Assembly (NCBI GenBank): GCA_044445785.1 | Contig: JBIOEF010000002.1 | Location: forward strand, 13,831-77,830 | From: Caulobacterales bacterium | GTDB taxonomy: Bacteria > Pseudomonadota > Alphaproteobacteria > Caulobacterales > Caulobacteraceae | DNA: 64,000 nt | Reading direction: 5' to 3' | Part shown: one piece after another, positions 59,751-64,000 of the stretch | How the letters are laid out: every line of letters starts with the position of its first letter | Position numbering within the stretch: the stretch's first letter is position 1 | The notes under the pieces: generated by a model | Told to the model about the DNA's origin: nothing | Databases searched by the model: none | What the model saw: only the letters and a program-made list of their open reading frames with translations | Position numbers and translations under genes: made by a program

Positions 59751-60584
59751 CTAAAACCACCCCTCGTTCCTGAGCGAGCGGGCGTAGTTACGGCTGACGG
59801 GCGCCTCGACGCCGTTCGGCAGCTTTAACATGGCGCGACCTTCGATGCGGCGTGCGCCGAGCACCGCGCCTTTCGCCACCCACCAGGAGCGATGGGTCTG
59901 CGCGCCCTCGACGCCCTCAAGTTCGGCGACGGCGTCGGTAAGCCGCATCAGGATCAGGTCGGATCCCTGCGACGTGTGTGCGCGCAGGTAGTGGTCTTCA
60001 GCCTCGACGGCATAGATCTCAGCGCCGCGAAGCTTGGCGGGCAGCCTCTCGAGAAATCGCGGCGGGGGCGCATCAGCGAGCGTGCTGGCGTGCGTATGGA
60101 TTGGGCGACGATTTGCGAGCGCGTTGATGAAGGTCATCGCTAGCGAGACGATCAGCACCGGACCGGCAAGCTCCAACAGCGTTCCGTACGGTTCTCGCCA
60201 AGAGAACAGCCAGCGGGTGACCGCATACACCGCCAGGACGCTCGGCGGGGTCATCACCACCGCGGTTACCGCCGCCATCAAAAAAGGGTGGCGCCGGTCC
60301 GGATCAAACAGCGCGGTCACGACAACATCTGTGGCGAAGCCAAGGCCCGTTCCGCCGACGATCAGCAACAGCCAGTAGATCAAGCGCGACGACAGCGACG
60401 CGGTGACCGTGCCGAACGGGCCGATCAGCGCCAGAAACACCGCCGCCCCGCATGCGATAGCGAAACTGCGGAGCAGACTTTCGCGGTCGAACGTCCGTGC
60501 CCCCCGACCCAGGCGGTTAAGCCACGTGGTCGCTGATTCGGTCACTGGCGCTGCGTCAACGGCAAGGGACGACCGTTCACGCAT
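59751..60584 (-). CDS. Membrane-anchored LytTR regulator
   Basis: Four TM segments then EAEDHYLR, LMRL.DA, QTHRSWWV, PVSR; start uncertain. Confidence 0.9.
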   Translation of the reverse strand: MRERSSLAVDAAPVTESATTWLNRLGRGARTFDRESLLRSFAIACGAAVFLALIGPFGTVTASLSSRLIYWLLLIVGGTGLGFATDVVVTALFDPDRRHPFLMAAVTAVVMTPPSVLAVYAVTRWLFSWREPYGTLLELAGPVLIVSLAMTFINALANRRPIHTHASTLADAPPPRFLERLPAKLRGAEIYAVEAEDHYLRAHTSQGSDLILMRLTDAVAELEGVEGAQTHRSWWVAKGAVLGARRIEGRAMLKLPNGVEAPVSRNYARSLRNEGWF

Positions 60585-60684
60585 GCCGGGCGACCCTTCG
60601 TGCATCGAGCCAGGCGCCGCTTTGAGCGGTGAGCTAGGCCGATCCCGGAAGAAGAGGGAGCGCTGATGGAAGTCCTCCCACATC

Positions 60685-61251
60685 GTGAGCCGCCAAATGA
60701 CGCCGCCATCAAAGACCCTGTCAATCGGACCCGACGCCCAGGATCCATTTCATTCCACCGACCGCGAGCGGTTGATCTGGGGACTTCTCCTATCGGGCCT
60801 GCTCGCGGGCGCGTTGGCGCTGGTTCTGATCGTCGGCGGCAGCGCGCACTTGCATTGGCCGAACCTCTCGTTGTTGGCCGGCCAGCCCGCTGTCTTGCTC
60901 ATCCATATCGGCGGGGCGTTGACCGCTTTGATTATCGGCGCCGGCATCACGTGGGGCGCCAAAGGTACCACCATTCACCGCGCGCTGGGCTGGATATGGG
61001 TGGTCGCCATGATGACAACGGCTGGCGCTTCGTTCTTTCTGCACTTCCTCAACCCCGGCGGGTTCAGCCCAATTCATGCGCTCAGCGCCTATGTCGCGAT
61101 CGCCGTGCCGATGGGCGTCGCGTTCGCTCGCAGGCATGACATCCGCGCCCATCGAAGGATGATGACCGGCAACTTCCTGTTTGGCCTGATCGTGGCGGGC
61201 GCCTTCACCTTCGCCCCGGGCCGACTAATGTGGAAAATATTCTTGGGGTAG
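60685..61251 (+). CDS. DUF2306-like membrane protein
   Basis: KGT..HR.LG..WV, SPIH.LS, HRRMM, FTF.PGR.M. Confidence 0.8.
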   Translation: MSRQMTPPSKTLSIGPDAQDPFHSTDRERLIWGLLLSGLLAGALALVLIVGGSAHLHWPNLSLLAGQPAVLLIHIGGALTALIIGAGITWGAKGTTIHRALGWIWVVAMMTTAGASFFLHFLNPGGFSPIHALSAYVAIAVPMGVAFARRHDIRAHRRMMTGNFLFGLIVAGAFTFAPGRLMWKIFLG

Positions 61252-61268
61252 GGATCACTCCCCGGCGG

Positions 61269-61339
61269 GTCCGCTTTCTGGCGGGGTCCCGAGGTCCGCT
61301 TTCGACCATAGCGGACTCTCAGAGCGTCCGCTTTCGGGC
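61269..61339 (+). repeat. GTCCGC repeat unit R6
   Basis: gtccgctttctggc-spacer-gaggtccgctttcgaccatagcggactc plus an extra gtccgctttcgggc. Confidence 0.9.
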
Positions 61340-61348
61340 ATCCAGATC

Positions 61349-61768
61349 TCAGGTCTTCGCGGGTCTGCCGAGCCTGAGCCACGCCTGCCTATCTTGCTCC
61401 CGAACGAAACACTGAGCGAGCGCCACCAAGGCCCGTCTCGCTTCTCGCTCTTCAATGGTCGCAAAGACCGCCAGGAGCTCGCTGGTGCCCGGGTCCCCGA
61501 GTTGCGCCCTGATGATAGGCTGGATGCGTTCGGGCCCGTCCTCGCCGACGAGAGCCGCGACGCTGGTCTCCAGTCTGGCGGCGGTCTTCACGAGCATTGA
61601 AGCTGAGAGCCTGTTGGCCCCGCGCTCATACTTCTGCAGCTGCTGAAAACAGACCCCAAGCGCCGCGGCGAGGGCCTTCTGGCTGACCTCTAGCTCAAGG
61701 CGTCGGCCGCGGATGCGGTCGCCAATCTCAACGTCGAGACCAGCGTTGTCTCTCGCCACCCGTCCCAC
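61349..61768 (-). CDS. XRE-family HTH regulator
   Basis: IGDRIR.RR....SQ..LA, FQQLQKYERGANRLSA; start uncertain. Confidence 0.88.
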   Translation of the reverse strand: MGRVARDNAGLDVEIGDRIRGRRLELEVSQKALAAALGVCFQQLQKYERGANRLSASMLVKTAARLETSVAALVGEDGPERIQPIIRAQLGDPGTSELLAVFATIEEREARRALVALAQCFVREQDRQAWLRLGRPAKT

Positions 61769-61774
61769 CTCTGC

Positions 61775-62002
61775 CTAGGGTTTGTGGCAAACGTCCGTCG
61801 CTTTGATGCAAGTGTTTCCACAAGGCTTGCCCTTCGTGCAATGTTTGGGCGACGCGGAAGCGGTCGGCGATGCTGGCGCCGCGGCCGGCGGCGGACACTT
61901 GATGAACTTCCCGGTCTTTGGGTCCTTGCAGGCCTTCGCGTCGGCCGCGCCGGCGGCAAGTGCGATGGCAAGCGTCGCGACGATCAAGAGTGTCCGGTGC
62001 AT
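61775..62002 (-). CDS. Secreted Cys-rich miniprotein (modules A+B, 75 aa)
   Basis: MHRTLL signal peptide; CKDPKTGKFIKC and CTKGKPCGNTCIKATDVCH; GGGAGA RBS. Confidence 0.8.
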   Translation of the reverse strand: MHRTLLIVATLAIALAAGAADAKACKDPKTGKFIKCPPPAAAPASPTASASPKHCTKGKPCGNTCIKATDVCHKP

Positions 62003-62127
62003 TGGTTTCTCCCTGTCTACGGTCCACGCTGGACCCACTCTGGGAGGAGGGCAAGCGACAGGCCCGGCGGCCGTGTAGTTTGGGCGCGCTTGCGCCGTGA
62101 GATTCGTGGTCGGGTCCGGGTGGCCCG

Positions 62128-62322
62128 TCAGTCCGGCGACCACGCGCTCAGTCGCCACGCTTCGCCGACCTCGCGTCCTTCAAGATCGATCCAGCCGCGA
62201 TCCGCGCGCCATGAGACTGCTTTGAACATCGCGCCCTTCGGCTCGGAGCGCTCGAAATAGCCGCGGTAGACACGGCCGTCTCTTGGCGCGGCCTCAAGCG
62301 TACGAGGTGCGAGGGCGGTCAT
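62128..62322 (-). CDS. Small hypothetical protein (64 aa)
   Basis: LEAAPRDG start and Trp-rich end, reminiscent of small phage-type proteins. Confidence 0.5.
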   Translation of the reverse strand: MTALAPRTLEAAPRDGRVYRGYFERSEPKGAMFKAVSWRADRGWIDLEGREVGEAWRLSAWSPD

Positions 62323-62382
62323 ACGGCCACGCTATATCCGGCGCCCACTTGGAGTCGAGCTGGCGCCGGGCTGGGTCGCCGC

Positions 62383-62667
62383 CTAGTAGGCGCTGTGGCT
62401 CGTGACTGGCGTTTCGCACTCGACGAACTTGCCTGTCTTTGGGTCGCGGCAACGTCTTGGCGGGGCCTTACACATGTCCGCTGCTACGAACTTCCCATTG
62501 GCGTCGTGGCAATTGTCCTTGGCGTCTAACGTGTAGGGGCCGACGCTTGTGGAGCTGGCGGAATTGGTGGGAGCGGTGTTCCAGCCGTTCCCGGTCTCCC
62601 CCGCGAAGCTGGCAGATGCGAAAGCTAGGGCCGCAGTGGCGGTTAGGATCATAAGCGTGCGGTGCAT
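62383..62667 (-). CDS. Secreted Cys-rich miniprotein (modules C+A, 94 aa)
   Basis: MHRTLM signal peptide; GPYTLDAKDNCHDANGKFV...C and CRDPKTGKFVEC. Confidence 0.8.
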   Translation of the reverse strand: MHRTLMILTATAALAFASASFAGETGNGWNTAPTNSASSTSVGPYTLDAKDNCHDANGKFVAADMCKAPPRRCRDPKTGKFVECETPVTSHSAY

Positions 62668-62741
62668 GACGTTTTCTCCCTTCCGGCAAACTGGCGGGGA
62701 TGGCCGGCGGCGACAAGGGCTGGACGGTTGCCTAGGACGGC

Positions 62742-62996
62742 CTAATAAGCCTTGCTGCCCTGGCTATGCTCGATGGCGATGGCGTTGTCGGGGCGCGGCG
62801 TGGGCTTGTGGCAGACCTTGTTCTTCGCGATGCAAGTGTGTCCGCACAGCTTTCCGTGCTTGCAGACAGGCGCGATCCCGCGAACCGGCGAGGTGTCGGC
62901 CGTAGGTTTCAAGGGACCATGTACGGCCACAGCGTTAGCCGCACCGGCGGCGAGCGCGAAAGCGAGGGCGGCGACAATCATAAGCGTGCGGTGCAT
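62742..62996 (-). CDS. Secreted Cys-rich miniprotein (module B, 84 aa)
   Basis: MHRTLM signal peptide; CKHGKLCGHTCIAKNKVCH; AGGAGA RBS. Confidence 0.8.
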   Translation of the reverse strand: MHRTLMIVAALAFALAAGAANAVAVHGPLKPTADTSPVRGIAPVCKHGKLCGHTCIAKNKVCHKPTPRPDNAIAIEHSQGSKAY

Positions 62997-63066
62997 GGCG
63001 TGTTCTCCTATCCGGCACACTGGCGAGGATGATCGGCGGCTACAAGGGCTGGGTGGTCGCCTAGCC

Positions 63067-63357
63067 CTACCTCGGCCCCTTCCCAGGGATGTATTGGCGC
63101 TCGTCCGGTGTCGCCACGTGGCAGACCTTGTTCTTGGCGATGCACGCGTGGCCACAGGGAACCCCGTGCTTGCAGTGCGGCGGCGTCACGCATTGGCTGT
63201 GACCCACGAACTGGCCGTTCGCGGCGTGGCACATGCCGTTGGCGTCAAGCTTGAATGGACCGGCCGGGACATTCATCGAGGCGCTCGTGCCGAAACTGGC
63301 GCCGGAGAGAGAAGCGAATGCGAGAGCCGCTACGGCGGCGATGACCAGGCTGCGCAT
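63067..63357 (-). CDS. Secreted Cys-rich miniprotein (modules C+B, 96 aa)
   Basis: MRSLVI signal peptide; GPFKLDANGMCHAANGQFV...C and CKHGVPCGHACIAKNKVCH; GGAGG RBS. Confidence 0.8.
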   Translation of the reverse strand: MRSLVIAAVAALAFASLSGASFGTSASMNVPAGPFKLDANGMCHAANGQFVGHSQCVTPPHCKHGVPCGHACIAKNKVCHVATPDERQYIPGKGPR

Positions 63358-63426
63358 GGGTTTCCTCCCGCTTTGTCCGTAGTCTACGCTGGCAGGCCCG
63401 AAACGAAAGTGTCTCAGCAGACCGCC

Positions 63427-63480
63427 GAAGTCTGCTTTCCGGCATGGCACTGATGTCCGCTTTCGACCCAGAGCGGACAT
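63427..63480 (+). repeat. GTCCGC repeat unit R7
   Basis: gaagtctgctttccggc-atggcact-gatgtccgctttcgacccagagcggacat. Confidence 0.92.
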
Positions 63481-63717
63481 CGAGCGCCAGTGCTCTGCCA
63501 CGCCGCAGACCCGTGAAATCGGCTATCGCCTTTCAATCATCACCGCCGCCGTCCTAACATTCGCGTTGGCCGTCGCCAGCGCTTTGGCGCTCCGGCGAAT
63601 GATCGGATCAGTGGTCCGGTTGGCGAGATCGGGGCGGTTCGAATCATCAAACGCATGACCGATTTGGCCCTGCAATCGCGGCCACGAACTCGCCCGTCTC
63701 CGCTTGGCAGCGCCGAG

Positions 63718-64000
63718 CTATCCGACGGGAGACTGATCGTGGAGCGACGCGGTCCGCCCAAGGCCCAAGCAATCTCGCTCTCGCCGCCGGCTCGCGTCGG
63801 GGAACGATCTGAAGGCTGAGCCTTCGATCAGATCTTTACCCGAGCTCGGCGCACTGGGTTCGTGATTGCCGCTGACGTTGGTCGTCCCGTGCTCTCGCGC
63901 GCTGGCCTCGTCCCAACGGAATTCCGTCTCGTCCACCCAGATCCGGTGAAGGATCGTCGCCAAGCGCCTCGCCATCGCGACGACGGCCTTGGCCCTGCCT
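63718..64000 (-). mobile_element. C-terminal part of a second IS110-family transposase (truncated by window edge)
   Basis: KAVVAMARRLATILHRIWVDETEFRW is typical of IS110 C-termini. Confidence 0.75.

Noticed and set aside
55229-63480. GTCCGC repeats as a CRISPR array
   Set aside because: Units are hundreds to thousands of bp apart and separated by whole genes; no cas genes in the window.
55229-63480. Classical integron or CALIN
   Set aside because: No RYYYAAC/GTTRRRY attC ends, genes lie in both orientations, and no IntI in the window; still merits an IntegronFinder run.

Overview
High-GC alphaproteobacterial chromosome segment. Gene content (Tad/Cpa pilus locus, divJ-like kinase, sufE, mucR, CtrA-type boxes) points to Caulobacteraceae (inference). 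1-10 kb: three tandem Flp pilins followed by cpaA-F, tadB and tadC. 10-48 kb: mostly core metabolic and regulatory genes, interrupted by an accessory stretch at about 15.5-22.4 kb. That stretch holds a RiPP-like three-gene cassette (98-aa candidate precursor, HExxH-type peptide oxygenase, adenylate-forming ligase) bracketed by a duplicated gene 3' end, and a hybrid kinase bracketed by palindromic repeats. 48-64 kb is accessory: a second 3'-end-duplication cassette, a frameshifted IS6, a tRNA-Pro 3' remnant and a standalone P-loop ATPase. These are followed by an array of unrelated gene modules separated by co-oriented GTCCGCTTTCGACCCAAAGCGGAC-type repeats, which looks integron-like but has no attC pattern and no integrase in the window. 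An IS1111-type IS110 element sits precisely inside one repeat, and its 3' non-coding region carries visible guide matches to that repeat. The last module is a family of four module-shuffled secreted Cys-rich miniproteins. All calls come from reading motifs by eye; no database searches were run.
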